Shown: piece after piece, positions 28,701-42,550 of the stretch | Layout: the number at the start of each line of letters is the position of its first letter | Numbering within the stretch: the first letter of the stretch is position 1 | NCBI GenBank assembly: GCA_951406725.2 | Contig: OX597839.1 | Location: 39,060,001-39,124,000, forward strand | Direction: 5' to 3' | DNA: 64,000 nt | DNA from: Octopus vulgaris | Lineage: Eukaryota | Made by a program: the position numbers and the translations under genes | The notes under the pieces: generated by a model | The model's input: only the letters and a program-made list of their open reading frames with translations | Databases searched by the model: none | Told to the model about the DNA's origin: nothing

Positions 28701-28994
28701 TAATAATGATAAATAAATAAATAAATAAAGGCATCAGAGGGGCGATGCATACTCTGCACGCTGATAAATTGTTTCGCATATTATGGTGTGGCTTACAATG
28801 CGTTGCTTATCCATGTTTTTTAATTGAACTGAATTAATTTTTGGCTTTTTTTTAAAGTACTACCATTATAGATATTTATACACCAGTGAAATTACGAACT
28901 CAACTCGTAAATAAACGAAACCTTCCAAACCTCTATTGTCTACATACGCACACACACCAACCCGCAGTCGCACATGTTTGTATGTATTTATGTA

Positions 28995-29105
28995 TGTTAT
29001 TATTCAGTTTATTTCAAGATTTCTTGCCAGTAGAGAGAGAATCGGTTTCTAACCTAGATCCAATGTTCCTTCATTGGGATTTTAACATCAACAACAGGGA
29101 AGTTT
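28995..29105 (+). mobile_element. Short interspersed repeat family D, copy 1
   Basis: tttatttcaagatttcttgcc...ggtttctaacctagat...ccttcattgg...caacaacagg; homologs at 39170-39258 (minus) and 42385-42480. Confidence 0.75.
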
Positions 29106-29169
29106 TGTTTTATTTGTATGTATGTATGTGCAGATTAGTATGTTATATTTATGTATTCTCATGCATGTA

Positions 29170-29375
29170 TGTACGCACCATGATCGATACACACGTAGAC
29201 GAGGGTCGATTCATAAGACAAAATAAAGTGAACAAAATAATATGACCACTTGCTTATCTGGAAATTTGTAAGTTTGATGTTAAGTTTTTTAAGTATCACC
29301 ATTATAAGTATTTATACTCCGGTGATCGAATCCATCACTGTACACGCACACACACATACGTACACACAGAGTCGC

Positions 29376-29406
<31 letters not shown>

Positions 29407-29578
29407 TGTATGTATGTATGTATGTATGTATGTATGTATATACGTACGCACGTACACGTATCTACGCGCGTAGGTACGCCATGATCTACACACATGCAGA
29501 TGAAGGTCGATTCATATGAAAAAGAAAGTGAACAAACAATATGACCACTTGATTACTGGAAAATTTGTAAGTTCGATC
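29170..29578 (+). repeat. Diverged direct repeat of about 110 bp (29170-29279 and 29473-29578)
   Basis: Both copies read gtacg..catgatc...ggtcgattcata...aaagtgaacaaa..atatgaccacttg...ggaaa(a)tttgtaagtt. Confidence 0.8.
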
Positions 29579-30292
29579 CAAATGTTTATCATTACGAACC
29601 ACTCACTCAGTGAATATTTCTGCCAAGTGTGGTGAAAATCTGTTCAGCTGTTTTCCAGTTATTTTGCAAACACACAGACGGGTGATTACAATACCCTGCT
29701 TTCGCTTACGTGCGCAGAGTGATAATCTTTTTTTAATTTTTATTATCCCCAAGAAGTCGAAAAGGTTCAAAAACACGAAACATTCACCAAGAGTGACAAA
29801 GAAAGAAAAATTGATGTCTGAAAGACAAAGTTTGAAATTACCAAAAAAAAAAAAAAAAAAAAAGAGGGTTGGGTAGGGGAATACATATTTATATATATAT
29901 ATAAATAGACGTATTAGGATTTTCAAACTATATATATTTACCCGGAAGTAAATAAAAGGCTGTGAAACAGTATAATGGCACCAAAATATAATTAAAAGAA
30001 AATTAAATGTGAAAGATTAGTACCTATGATGGGCCCTTCACGAAAACTTTCCGTTAACGAATTACCGAATTGTGCCTGAGTGCAACCAAATGCACCGGTA
30101 AGCATTTTTTGAAAAACTAAAATCGCCTTCCAGAGGAGCTTTTTGGAGTTTGTCGTAATATCTTTAGTTTTATTTTTACTAATAGTCTATCGTTTCCATG
30201 TAGATTATATTCTGAATCTCACTGTTTATGTGCCATTTTAACGGTTTTGGAACATCGTAGCAACAACATATGCTTAATTTTCGCAAAATGTT

Positions 30293-30628
30293 TTTGTTTC
30301 AGCCAGTGAACTGCAGCCATGCAGTTGAAAGTTTATGTCAAAAAGATCACCCTACAACTAACTTTTAGAAGTCTGGTACATATTCTGTCAGGGTGTTTTG
30401 CCGAACCTCTAAGTTAAGAGGACGTATACAAAGCAAAACCTGATGCCAAAGGATAATAGAGAGTCAGATAAATGCAAACAAATAGACACACACACACACA
30501 TCTACCATGAGCCACCACACTTTTCTCTCGACTAAATTAATTCACAAGGGGCTAAGGTCACGGGCCATAGGACTGAACCTAAAACCACATGGTTGCAAAG
30601 AGATCATATTAATAACACAACCATACCT

Positions 30629-30630
<2 letters not shown>
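30293..30630 (-). mobile_element. Degenerate SINE family C
   Basis: tgtttcagccag...gccgaacc..taagtta...ggactgaacctaaaaccacatgg. Confidence 0.6.
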
Positions 30631-30664
<34 letters not shown>

Positions 30665-31189
30665 GTGTGTGAGCAGAAGTAACAGAGTGACTCAAGGTCC
30701 GAGAGCTTCGTGTCGTATTATATATATATATGTATGTATGTATAGATAGAGAAAGAGAGAGTGAGAGAGAGAAGGCAGGTGCGCGTGTATGAATGTACAA
30801 CCAAGAAATTAAAAAACTCAGAAGAAAAAGTGTACACACCCACGTACATACATGTATATATAATTCTTCTTATTATTACTATTATTATTATGACGGACGA
30901 TTATTCCTCCTTCATAATCACACGTCATTTCACAAATACAATGGTTACATGACGAATGTGTGAATGAGTGTAGAGGAGGAATCGGTTATGTTTGTATACA
31001 CTGAAGATTTTCATATGCACCGCTGAGTCGAAATACGTTTCGGTGCTGAACCCACACATATTTAAGCTCCACCAACTGAAGATGCGCTTACATAGAAGAA
31101 CCAGGTGCCAGAGCCAGGTGAATGGAGAGAGAAGCGGCGATGAACCAACACTTGTCACATATTTATATATTTCTTATCACAAACACAAA

Positions 31190-31642
<453 letters not shown>

Positions 31643-32198
31643 CTACATATACACACGTATGTATGTATATACATACATACATACGTACGTACGTACATAT
31701 ACGTGTATATGCTCGCTAGCTAAGCTCTGCAACACTGCGCATGTGTGTAGCAAGATCTACGATTTCAAAGAAAATATGAGTGACTTAGTTTATAAAAAGA
31801 TGCCAACGTCACCAACAACACTACCATATACATTGGTATACATTTTTATGTATATTATATATATAAAAAGTATATACCTATAATACCTACATACTTGTAT
31901 ATGTATACAGTTATGTTTATATGCATACATACATAGATACATATATATTTGTATATGTATATAAGTAAACACAAATGATCGAATGTGTATCCATCTGTGT
32001 CTGTGTGTGTGTGCGGTGGGGGGGGGAGTAGTATATTTCACAAAGTAGATATGTATCTATGCATGTATGTATAAATGGCTGTATATATGCTTATATTCGT
32101 ATGCGTATACCAATACCAATTACACGATCACCTTGTACGAAGCTATGTTGCGTGAATAATTATCAGTTTACTAATATATATAAATTACATAATTATGA

Positions 32199-32239
<41 letters not shown>

Positions 32240-32264
32240 TAGATAGATAGATAGATGCATAACT

Positions 32265-32314
<50 letters not shown>

Positions 32315-32553
32315 GATATATCTGTTTCAATTTATCGATATATGCATCTTTATGAAAGAGCATGTGTTTGTGCGTGTGTGTGTGTATACATTCATAAATT
32401 TACCTATACACGGAGATACGCAAATTCAATTATACCAATATTCATCGATTAAAATTAATTAAACATATGCATATCCCTTTCTAATACATATAGACTACTT
32501 GTGTGCTTGTATGTGTGTTTATACACAATGCGTGTAAATATGTATATGAGTAT

Positions 32554-32585
<32 letters not shown>

Positions 32586-32741
32586 ATATATATTCATGCA
32601 CATATGTATAAGTATACAAAAATATATGCTCGAGTTTGTGTGTGTGAGTGTATATATATATATTACTTTACATACATATACTTACATATATATATATATA
32701 TATATGTTACATTCTTAGAAACATAATGCATACGTACGTAC

Positions 32742-32785
<44 letters not shown>

Positions 32786-33314
32786 CAAGATATATACAAG
32801 GTGTCAGCCTGTAATTTAGAGGTCTGAAGCTAAGACCTGAGATAGTTGGAAGAGCGGATTCCGTTAATTTCCGCCAGGGGACGCTCCACTTCACCATATG
32901 AAAGGAATCGAGTCTGGCTATTTTGATAACCATGGAGAGTGTGGCCGGCTGTGTTATTTCTCTTCGTTCCACTTCAGCGATAAACTTGCAAGCTTCGCTG
33001 CGTGAACCCGGGAGGGATTGGTCGAAGAAGAGAAATAACCACCATGTTTAAAGCTTCGAGATTATCGATTGTGATTTCTCGTACATAAGTAACATGTTTG
33101 TATGTACGTAAGTGTGCGTATATATATATACATGCAGGAATGCGTGTGTGTGTATGTGTATGTATGCTTCTCAACGAGTGTGTACTATTTCATCATAGAT
33201 ATCACAGAAGATGCAAATGCTTGCATACATATAGAAACAAGTACACTGTATACATTTGTGTATCCATCTACCTATCAAACTCTTTGTCTGTCTGCTAGGA
33301 TATCTATCTTCCTT

Positions 33315-33355
<41 letters not shown>

Positions 33356-33408
33356 ATATCTGCCTGTCTGTCTTTCTATCTGTCTATCATCTGTTAACGC
33401 CCGTGTGC

Positions 33409-33451
<43 letters not shown>

Positions 33452-33569
33452 CATATACATTCACATATTCAATACATGTATTAATATACATATATAAATA
33501 TATTACATAGAAGCATATTTACTATTTATATATTCATATGTACTATATATATTTATACATATCATATAT

Positions 33570-33618
<49 letters not shown>

Positions 33619-33885
33619 TGTGTATGTATAATCATATATTCAATATAGAGAGAAAATAAAAAATATGTGTACTTTGTATATATAAATACATATATATATG
33701 TGTGTGTGTGTACGTGTGTATATGTGCATTATATATATATATATATATATATACATACATACATACATAAATATACACACGAGCACATGTATTACCAGAG
33801 AGATAGTATATAAGTGTTTAGTTTTATTTTTTGAATATATAATGAAATATAACTAATTGCTTTATTGTCTATAGATATGCATTCG

Positions 33886-33926
<41 letters not shown>

Positions 33927-34548
33927 GCATACACATTCATATATATATATATATGTTTACTTATATAATGTAGACTTCATATAAGCATGCTGTTAACATA
34001 CTGACATACATCAAAGATATCAGCCACGGCTCATGTACCAATATACATTATTAATATAACTCAACGATACCTCACAAATACACCTCAAAAGGTGAGGCAC
34101 CTCTGAAGCATGGAGATAACCCGTAGATTCACAGCTACATATCTATCTTCTTGCTTCAATTGTGCAGATAACCTCTTTGGCCCTGGACTCGAACACTGAC
34201 CAATATCTCTGCCCCAGACAAGGCGAACTCCTCTAAGTTTGTAAAGTTTTCCGTAATTTATTACAGCAATAAAATCTTCTATGTCTATGTTCAAAAAGTG
34301 CTACATTCTCATTCAAAAGAATCGGGTGTAATTTGATGTACACCGGAAAGCATATTGCTAGAATGTCCAGTAATATCTTAGAGTCTAGACATCGCCAGAT
34401 ATCCGAGAAAAAGCAGTCAAATGTACATTAAATGACCTCTCACCAGTTTTGATTTGTAAGAAAGCGTCGCTTTTTGGACAGTGTAATCATAGGCGTGTAA
34501 CAGCCAGGGAGCGGGGAGACAGTGAGAGACGGACTGTAAGGAGGAGCC

Positions 34549-34597
<49 letters not shown>

Positions 34598-34750
34598 AAC
34601 TGTCAAGGTCTAAATGCATTTGATCTGGTGTCTCGCACTCTCAACCATGTCCCGGGGTTAAACAACACCTTAATCATCATCGTTTCCACCACCACCACCA
34701 CCACCACCACTACCACCATACCACCATATAATTATATATATATATATATA

Positions 34751-34864
34751 TCACGTGATCACGTGACCAACCAGACCATCAGATGTTGTTACACATCGCT
34801 GGTCACAATGCGTTCACATTGTTTTAGCCTTCGAATGACGCCACCTCGCTGGCTAAGCGAGCAG

Positions 34865-34868
<4 letters not shown>
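34751..34868 (-). mobile_element. 3' fragment of SINE family B1 inside (TA)n
   Basis: Reverse complement of 19222-19344 tail. Confidence 0.88.
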
Positions 34869-34925
<57 letters not shown>

Positions 34926-34958
34926 GTAAATTAATATGTTACCATTATACAATAGTCA

Positions 34959-35021
34959 AGATAAAACTCTGAGGTTCAGATGCCGAAGTGGAAATCCACA
35001 ACACCATCTCTTCGGTTATCT
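34959..35021 (-). ncRNA. Type I hammerhead-like motif with core changes (module 34924-35088 inside (TA)n)
   Basis: Minus strand: agataa-CCGAAGA-gatg...catc-t-GAAC-ctcagag-TT-ttatct; 6-bp stem I, but GAAA reads GAAC. Confidence 0.5.
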
Positions 35022-35084
35022 GGCCATCTCTATTTACATAATATTGAGGTCTCTTTCTTTTTTTTTGTTATCTTACCGTTTTTA

Positions 35085-35141
<57 letters not shown>

Positions 35142-35774
35142 GACGCCGAAAGACGACCCATCATCATCATCATCAACAACAACAACAAGAGCTTCGGATC
35201 TACGTTAGCTCACATTTTTGGGTGAGGAACACTTTCAATCGATTTCGTCAAAATACAACACTAATTACAGGTGTGTCAAGTATACAGGTGCAGCACAATA
35301 CACCGCACAATCCTAACCACTACTGACGCCCTTCAACGCCTGTTTCCTCAATCAACAACAAATTAAAGAGAAAGCCAAGCAATTAGCTTTGTTATGAACA
35401 GTTCTTAAGGATGCATTCATTTTTTTTAGTTGTTTATATATAAATACATATGTACATTCACACGTTCGCACGTGCATATGTGTATGTTGGTGCATGTGTG
35501 TTTGTGTGTGTATTTATACATGTAAATATGGGTGTGTGCGAGTATATATATATATATATATATAATGTGTATGTATACATATATAAACATATATATATGT
35601 GTATATATATATACATGTGTATATATATATATACATGTGTATATATATATACATGTGTATATATATATATATACACATACAAATACAGGTGCACATGTAT
35701 ATGTACAGATATCTATCTATCTATTTATCAATTTACCTACTTCTCTATCTATCTATCCATATATATGTATATAA

Positions 35775-35824
<50 letters not shown>

Positions 35825-36105
35825 TGTCTTGCCTGACTTTAATGTATGTGTGCTTACGTGCATTTATGTGTATATATGTGTGTGTGTATGTAAATCTATA
35901 TAAGATATACATGCATATGTGTGAAGGTATTTGTATATGTACATGTATACATAAGTATTTGTACACACACACACCCCCACACACATCATATACTTATGAA
36001 TGAAAACTTGTATGTGCATGTATGCAATTATTTGTAAGAATAAGTGTGCAAATGTACTTGTGTGCTTGTATGAAGGTGTATAACTATTGATCTTACGTAT
36101 GTATA

Positions 36106-36142
<37 letters not shown>

Positions 36143-36617
36143 AGTATGTATGTATAATGTATACACGGATGTATATGTAGGTTAGTGTGTTTCTGTTTGA
36201 TACGAAAATTAAAGGAAGCTGATGTATATATTTGCGAATATTACTCTCCCATACAAATATTCGTTTTAGCTTAGCAAGAACAGATATATCTATGGCGGCG
36301 TATGTGTATTTGGGTGTATGATTGCAACGTAGCGTAAATATACATGATATGGAAGCAAACACACACACACAAACACACACAAACAACCGCACACGCATGA
36401 TTTCTACACACAGTCATACCTAGACATATACCTACATATATACATGATTCAATACGTACCTATACACACACACACACATACACAGAAATGTACATATGCA
36501 TATAGGATATATACACAGATACACATGTACAAAGAAATACAGCCATATATACTTACACACACACGTCTGTGTGTATCCATATATATACACCCACACGCAC
36601 ACACATACAGACATATA

Positions 36618-36656
<39 letters not shown>

Positions 36657-36732
36657 GCACATACACATGTAATTATGAACATATACATACATATGTGAAT
36701 ATGCTTCGCTGTGTCCGTGTCCATATGTATAT

Positions 36733-36780
<48 letters not shown>

Positions 36781-37522
36781 TTATATCTGCCAATGTGTGT
36801 GTGGGTGTATATACATTGTATCTATGTACCTTAGAAGTAATTTATGTAAACAATGTATACACAATTTCTCTTTCTTCAATCAGTAGACAGTTCTGTACAC
36901 ACACACATACTCACATTAAACACACAGGATAAACAGTTTCAAAAACTTCCCTCTCACTGATGAAAACTGTGCAAGTCTGAAACAACAACAACACCAATAA
37001 CAATAACAACAACAACAACGTCTACTGCAACAAAAAGCGACGACGACGACAACAACAACAACAGCAGCAACAACAACAATAACAGAACATAAATAACTGG
37101 AAATGGGAGATAAGCTAAACAAAACGAAGCCAATATCAAAAGCTTCCTAACATCACCACCCGCCATCTTCATCAATAACAAATAAGTAAGGGAAATAGCC
37201 AAGTACATTGAGTTGTATATGTATGTATGTATGTATGTGTTTATGTATGTATGTGTGTATGTATGTATGTATGTATGTATGTATGTATGTATGTATGTAT
37301 GCATGTGTTTATATATGTGTGTGAGCATATATATATATATATATATATATATACTCACACAAATATATCCACACTTATGTATATATATATAATATATATA
37401 TATATGTAAATATATAACATTTGTATATACATATGTATGTATGTATATATATATATATATATATAAATATATATATAAATATATATATATATGAATGTGT
37501 ATTCGTGTCTACACACACACAC

Positions 37523-37568
<46 letters not shown>

Positions 37569-38669
37569 CATGCATCTACGTATCTGTATGTGTGCGTGTG
37601 TCTGTCTGTCTGTCTGTCTGTCTACACGTATATTTACCTTAGAGCCGTCTCAGTGAATAAGTGCCACAATTATATGAATTAAGGCGTGTATGTGTAGTTT
37701 ACCACATAAATCGTTCATGGCTATTTCAAATTTCTCTTCTGTTAATTTAAAATATTTCATCGTAGAGGAATCCGCAGTTATTCTCTGCATCTGGGAAAAA
37801 CCAGGATATATTCTACTATACATAACAACACTCATCAAGTTCACATCGTGTGCTCCAGTTGTTTTAGTTAATATCTTAGTAAATCAGCTGTTATGTGCAA
37901 TAAGGCTTCGTGCGAACCTGTATCTAGTCATCGCAGAACCATCCTGATGTCCCGTAAGCTTACCGTAATATAGATATATGCGTATTTTCTTAATGTGTTT
38001 ATATTCGAGATGCAATATTTCCGTTTATATATTTCAAATAGGCATTGTTCAGCACAAATTAGATACTAATCAGTTGAAGAGTAATTAATTAGTGAATAGC
38101 TGCCTTAGCTAAATGAATTAATTTGTATCATGTGTAGTTAATTTGTATCTAATATCCATATATATTTGTGAGAATCGATAAATTACGGAAGTCAATACAT
38201 AAATATAGAGTATTCTTCCATACATTATAACTCCATATTTATACATATTACAAGGAAAATGTTGGTAAAATCATCAAAGTTTTGGTCCAGCTTGTGACAG
38301 AAATCTAGTCAGTGCAATCTTGATGCCTTTTAAAATTGTATTTTCGGGAAGTATAAACAATATTTCAATTGACTTATACTCTTCTCCCTATTGTTGTTCA
38401 TCCAGTCATATATATGTATATATATATACGTTTACATTTCTTTATTATTTATATTATTATTTATAACATTATTACTTATAATATTTATTGTTCCTTTACG
38501 CTGCTTAACGGTCAGATTTCGAAAGATATATCTTAACGTCACTCATACTGACCTTTTGACAGAACTTTCTAGTCAAAGGTTTTATCTCACCCGCCACGAT
38601 TCAAAAATTAGTTTGATAAGTATAACGCACGAAATTCTCAGACCTTTCCCGCTAAATGAAAAGAAATCT

Positions 38670-38707
<38 letters not shown>

Positions 38708-39015
38708 GTATATATGCACATGTATATATACACATACACACAACCCCAAAGTCTGATGTTTTATCTCACTGAACCAACGAGATATCTGATTAGACATGTT
38801 TTGGAAGACCCACCTGCTTCCTGATACTTCTTCACAACGGATCACGGCTATAAATTAATTAAGATAACAGCTCGAAAATAGGGACGTTTTGACCTCTTTG
38901 CTTCTAGAATATCCATTTACTCCGCTATATTTCGATAAATTCAATTGTTCTGTTAAAAAACATCACTTATTCATCACGTTACTTGTTCAATAGGTCATCA
39001 TCAAGATTTTACCTT

Positions 39016-39097
39016 GCCATCTGACGATGGTGGATATGTGGTGATGAAATCTATGCATTATCTATAAATAAACGGCTACCGAAACAGCTGTAGTAAA
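39016..39097 (+). ncRNA. Type I hammerhead-like motif (Penelope-like fragment about 38745-39115)
   Basis: CTGACGA 39021-27, ggtgg/ctacc stem II, GAAA 39081-84, palindromic cagctg, TA; stem I weak. Confidence 0.5.
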
Positions 39098-39169
39098 TGT
39101 TAAACACCATTTGTGTTCTTTTTATACATACGACACACCTGGACGCAAGTCTGAGTCGGATATACATGC

Positions 39170-39258
39170 ATGTTGAAATTCCAATAAAGGAGCCTTCGAT
39201 CTAGGTTAGAAACCGGCTCCTTTTCTATTGGAAAGAAATCTTGAAATAAAACTGAACA
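39170..39258 (-). mobile_element. Repeat family D, copy 2
   Basis: Reverse-complement homolog of 28995-29105. Confidence 0.75.
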
Positions 39259-39545
39259 ATGACATACATACATACATGCATACATACATACATACATACA
39301 TACATACATACATACATACATACATACATACATACATACATACATACATACATACATACATACATACATACACAGGAAAAACAGATGATACAGGGAAAAC
39401 AATGGTTATGTAATAAAGTTCATATGAAATTTTTCCTGTGTCATCTCATTTTCATATTACCGTTCTATACTCATCTAACACTTTGTTCCGAAACAGAGGC
39501 ACATTGAGGTCTACATCAGGTTATTAGTCTCGCAATGCCTAAATG

Positions 39546-39593
<48 letters not shown>

Positions 39594-39599
<6 letters not shown>

Positions 39600-40054
39600 G
39601 AAATATTAAAATTACTAAGTCTCTCTAAAAGAGAACACGGCAGCGTTCCCGGAAAATAATAGTTATCGCCTTACGAATATGGCATTCTTATAAAAATAAG
39701 AATAAAGCTGTCCGCTTATTAGCTTTTAGAGAGACTTAGTAATTTTAATATTTCTATTATTGAAAACAAGTGGATGTATTCCACCGAAACTAGATAAATA
39801 AAACCTTCGAACAGAGATTGTCGGAAGCGACACCTACTGGTCTGACTACGCTACATTGAAAAGGGGCAATACCCCGAAACGCGTCTGTAGCTGTCGGTCA
39901 AGTAGTGTGGAGCGACTGACCTCCCTTGTTCGAAGGTTATATGGATACAGTTTGTGTATCAAATAGCTAACTTAAGGCGATGGCCTCATGGAGCTAATAA
40001 GCGGACAGCTTTATTCTTATTTTTATAAGAATGCCATATTCGTATGGCGATAAC

Positions 40055-40060
<6 letters not shown>
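39594..40060 (+). mobile_element. Hammerhead-containing Penelope-like module with two interleaved inverted repeats, inside (TA)n
   Basis: 39594-39631 is the reverse complement of 39723-39760 (38/38); 39656-39724 is the reverse complement of 39992-40060 (68/69); (TA)n on both sides. Confidence 0.8.
39850..39891 (+). ncRNA. Minimal type I hammerhead ribozyme, U3-A8 compensatory core variant
   Basis: gctaca-TTGAAAA-gggg-caata-cccc-GAAA-cgcg-TC-tgtagc: perfect stems I and II, palindromic stem III, GUC site; nested in a longer hairpin closed by aaccttcgaaca/tgttcgaaggtt. Confidence 0.78.
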
Positions 40061-40140
<80 letters not shown>

Positions 40141-40143
<3 letters not shown>

Positions 40144-40312
40144 CGTAAAAAAATATACAAACTGGGACAAGAACGTGAAACACCTAGAAGACGACACAAG
40201 AAACACAGGACGGGACATTCGAAGCCCTCAATCATCAGTCAAGAACCGGATCATCTTCGCAATTCGGCTGATTAATTCATCTTCGGCTGATTAATCTTGA
40301 GATTGCTCCGAT
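40141..40312 (-). mobile_element. Probable Penelope-like fragment
   Basis: Complex island after (TG)n, containing GACTGATGA on the minus strand and an internal ttcggctgattaat duplication. Confidence 0.35.
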
Positions 40313-40461
40313 ATATAATTAATAATAGATGCAGCTCCATGCAACTTTTGTAGCCTCGTATAACAAATGTAAATCGAATTACTAAAAAATATAGCATATA
40401 TCAGTATATGTAGCCGCCACCAAATGTATTGAGTGCCGCTTTCTTTCGCTTGGTCATACAG

Positions 40462-40494
<33 letters not shown>

Positions 40495-40769
40495 TTCTTT
40501 TATTTGTTTCAGTTATTTGACTGCGCCCATGCTGGAGCACCGCCTTTAGATGAACGAATCGACCCCAGGACTTATTCTTTGTAAGCCTAGTGCTTATTCT
40601 ATCGCTCTTTTGCCGAACCCCTAAGTTACGGGGACGTAAGCAAACCAACATCGGTTGTCAAGCGATGGTGGGGGGACAAACACATACACATAAACATATA
40701 CACACACACATATTACCTTATTAATACTATTGATAACGGTAATAATACCTCTTTGTTTATATACATATG

Positions 40770-40806
<37 letters not shown>

Positions 40807-40945
40807 GACGGGTTTCTTCCAGTTTCCGCCTACCAAATCCACTCACAAGGCTTTGGTCGACCTGAGGTATAGTAGAAGACACTTGCCCAAGGTTCCACGC
40901 AGAGGTACTGAACCTGGAACCATGTAGCTTTTAAGTAAGCCACCT
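40495..40945 (-). mobile_element. SINE family C
   Basis: Homologous to 55188-55600 with expanded internal microsatellite. Confidence 0.85.
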
Positions 40946-41201
40946 ATCGCAAATAATTTTAGGGACCTGTATAAAGGTCAATGTCCCCGCTGGAGAACAA
41001 GGGTTTGACAGCTGCTTAGGTAGTTGGGGATGGGGGTGGGGGAGGAGTGTTAGACCCCTTGGCAGTTACTTTATCTCTCAACATCCGAAACGGATAAAAG
41101 TCAAAGATGAGACTTCAACGCAGAGCGCCGAAAACTTTTAACGAAATGTTGCAACCCTTTCTAGTCGACATTTTAACTATTCTACACATCGAAATATATA
41201 C

Positions 41202-41244
<43 letters not shown>

Positions 41245-41488
41245 CACACAAATATACACATATACACATACAAATACACACACATTTACATACATACATT
41301 ATACACACACATATATGTATGTATATATATATGTAAATTTACATATATATATATATATATATACATATGTATACAGATATCTATAAATGTATATACATAT
41401 ATACATACATACCATATATGTACATTTAAACACCCACACATACACACACATATACATACACCCATACACACATATATATTCATATATG

Positions 41489-41534
<46 letters not shown>

Positions 41535-41610
41535 TTCTTTTATTTGTTTCAGTTATTTGACTGCGCCCATGCTGGAGCACCGCCTATAGACGAACGAATC
41601 GCCGAACCCC

Positions 41611-41734
41611 TCACTAACGGCACACTTACAACTGATTGTTGTTGTCATCGTTAACCTAGTACCTCGTGACCATACATACAATGTATGGAGGAAAATTTCT
41701 ATGTATGCTTTATACATTTGTACATTCACACACA

Positions 41735-41770
<36 letters not shown>

Positions 41771-41997
41771 TTCACTACACACCTATATATGTGTGTATAT
41801 ATATATATATATGTGTATATATAGTCACTGACATAGTTTTATTGTATCGATCTGTGGAAGATCAATACCAATCACTAACGGCACACTTACAACTGATTGT
41901 TGTTGTCATCGTTAACCTGTACCTCGTGACCATACATACAATGTATGGAGGAAAATTTCTATGTATGCTTTATACATTTTATGCGTTCACACACACC

Positions 41998-42000
<3 letters not shown>
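41611..42000 (+). repeat. Direct repeat of about 130 bp (41611-41740 and 41872-42000)
   Basis: tcactaacggcacacttacaactgattgttgttgtcatcg...ggaggaaaatttctatgtatgc present twice, nearly identical. Confidence 0.9.
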
Positions 42001-42065
<65 letters not shown>

Positions 42066-42181
42066 TGTGTGTGTGTTTCTAGTCAGTGTGAAAATTTTGG
42101 CAACGATATGTAATCTAGCTGGCCAGATATATGTAAATATTCCATTCATCCGGTATTGAGTACTCTTTCTTTGCTCGTTAA

Positions 42182-42217
<36 letters not shown>

Positions 42218-42384
42218 ATTGATATATATATATATATATATACATACACATATACACACAAACATGTATATATATGCATCCACACACTCACACACATACA
42301 CACATATATATATATATCCCCCACACGGACATATATATATATATGTATGTGTGTGTGTGTGTATGTGGGTGTGTATGTGTGTGT

Positions 42385-42480
42385 GTTCAATTTATTTCAA
42401 GATGTCTTGCCAATAAAGAGCTGGTTTCTAACTTAGATTCAAGGTTCCTTCATTGGAATTTCTACATCAACAACAGAGTA
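42385..42480 (+). mobile_element. Repeat family D, copy 3
   Basis: Homolog of 28995-29105. Confidence 0.75.
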
Positions 42481-42550
42481 TTTTTTGTTTGTTTGTTTGT
42501 ATGTGTGTATGTATGTATAAATGCATATTTATATGTTTTGCCTTATAATT

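Noticed and set aside
29600-29725. Possible Helentron/MITE-like 3' end with a small hairpin
   Set aside because: No second copy or matching terminus found in the window.
35240-35260. TTGACGA-aat/att-GAAA hammerhead-like string on the minus strand
   Set aside because: No stem I, mismatched U3-G8 and an unstable stem II.
39594-40060. DIRS-type element
   Set aside because: No tyrosine recombinase or RT remnant, and the internal complementary segment aligns the inner rather than outer ends of the termini.
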